From Alphaproteobacteria bacterium UBA3635 (GTDB lineage: Bacteria; Pseudomonadota; Alphaproteobacteria; Rs-D84): 64,000 nt of DNA. Below the pieces are notes generated by a model that was given only the letters and a program-made list of their open reading frames with translations, was not told where the DNA came from and searched no databases. The position numbers were made by a program, and so were the translations under genes. Numbering within the stretch: the first letter of the stretch is position 1; every line of letters begins with the position of its first letter. The DNA lies in assembly GCA_002373935.1 (NCBI GenBank), contig DFKW01000012.1, positions 4,814 to 68,813 on the forward strand, in the 5' to 3' direction. Positions 63,106 to 64,000 of the stretch are shown here, piece after piece.

Positions 63106-64000
63106 TTATTCGTGTCTTATCGGATATTTACCATCAATCAGATTTTGACGCACAACATGGTGTTTAACCTTTTGCGTTGATGTCATTGGCAAATCGTCCG
63201 TTGTCATTGCGAAATGGGTCACCCATTTATACGACGCAACCTTTTTATTCGCATCCGCCACCGCGGCCGCCAAACGTTCCATTGTCATGTCGGCATCAAC
63301 ACTGAACACAGCATACGCAACGGTTTTATCTTTGACCCGATGCTCAAACACCGCAACATTTTTAACACCCGGAATATCCAAGAACATCGCTTCCAATTCA
63401 TCAGGATAGACATTTTTACCACTATCCAAAACGATGACCTGTTTTTTACGACCGGCAAAATGTAATTCGCCATTTTTGTCCATATATACCATGTCACCCG
63501 TGTTAAAGAATCCGCGTTCATCAAACACTTCTTTATTCACCGCATCGTTATTCAGATATCCACCAAACACCTGGTGCCCACGCAACCACAAAACACCGAC
63601 GCCATTTTCGTCTTTGTCACGAATTTCGCATTCGTTGTTTGTCGTTGGTGCACCCACAGAAAACGCCATACGTTTTTTATTTGGTTTTGATATACAAATT
63701 GGCCCCACCGTTTCGGTTAAACCATAACCTTGGATAAATGCCAGCCCCAAGTTTTCATAAAAAGTTTCAACCTCGGGCTTGGTGGCGGCACCACCCGCAA
63801 TCAGCAACCGGACGCGTCCACCAAAAATATCCAAAATTGGTTCTTGAACCTTGCGCACAAAGAAACCCAATCCCATATCATTGATACGTTCACGGTTGCG
63901 CAAAATAAAATCAACAATGCGCCATTTCTTTTGTGCCTTTAATGTGTCCATAATTTTTGCACGGAACATTTCCCACAAACGCGGCACCGCCGGAATAACA
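63106..64000 (-). CDS. AMP-dependent synthetase/ligase, paralogue 3 (C-terminal part; the gene continues past the right edge)
   Basis: The reading frame stays open upstream of the track start. ...VIPAVPRLWEMF aligns with VIPAVPKLFEIF and VIPSVPKMWELF at mid-protein in paralogues 2 and 1. Confidence 0.8.
   Translation of the reverse strand, partial: VIPAVPRLWEMFRAKIMDTLKAQKKWRIVDFILRNRERINDMGLGFFVRKVQEPILDIFGGRVRLLIAGGAATKPEVETFYENLGLAFIQGYGLTETVGPICISKPNKKRMAFSVGAPTTNNECEIRDKDENGVGVLWLRGHQVFGGYLNNDAVNKEVFDERGFFNTGDMVYMDKNGELHFAGRKKQVIVLDSGKNVYPDELEAMFLDIPGVKNVAVFEHRVKDKTVAYAVFSVDADMTMERLAAAVADANKKVASYKWVTHFAMTTDDLPMTSTQKVKHHVVRQNLIDGKYPIRHE

Overview
The window is a compact, gene-dense chromosomal segment with about 60 protein genes, mostly housekeeping. 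I saw no rRNA, tRNA, CRISPR array, transposase or prophage block. The gene content suggests an alphaproteobacterium: a Ros/MucR regulator, a COG4321-type ribbon-helix-helix protein, DUF721/DciA, SPOR, SecDF-YajC and an LptF/G permease. Several proteins are trimmed or fused, which points to a reduced, possibly host-associated lineage. Both the taxon and the lifestyle are inference.

Recognisable genes:
- Replication, repair and recombination: recJ (partial, left edge), rarA, ftsK, mutL, xerD, recA, ruvC, yebC, ruvA.
- Translation and tRNA modification: thrS, gltX, trmB, serS, typA, mnmE.
- Fe-S assembly and redox: sufS-sufT-sufE, trxA, trxB.
- Envelope, division and secretion: ftsL-ftsI, tatA, a ybeY-lnt fusion, PAP2, an S41-like protein, secD/secF/yajC, lptF/G, secB, mltA.
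- Transcription: dksA, greA, a MucR-like regulator.
- A six-gene glycosyltransferase island between typA and recA.
- Three tandem acyl-CoA-ligase paralogues that run off the right edge.

The most unusual signals are not ordinary genes:
1. A roughly 103-nt palindromic element occurs twice. Its apex is conserved and both stems change in a compensatory way. Each copy abuts a stop codon.
2. An intergenic family of CTGAACT-type heptad repeats occurs at four loci.
3. A 110-nt insertion at the serS 3' end carries its own, synonymously diverged copy of the last 12 serS codons. The core of this insertion recurs downstream of mnmE.
4. A tightly coupled four-gene operon (14351-16389) encodes a membrane protein, a degenerate HNH-like protein, a SUKH/SMI1-like protein and an RHH protein.
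5. YbeY and Lnt are joined in one continuous reading frame.

All functional calls come from motif recognition by eye. No database search was run.
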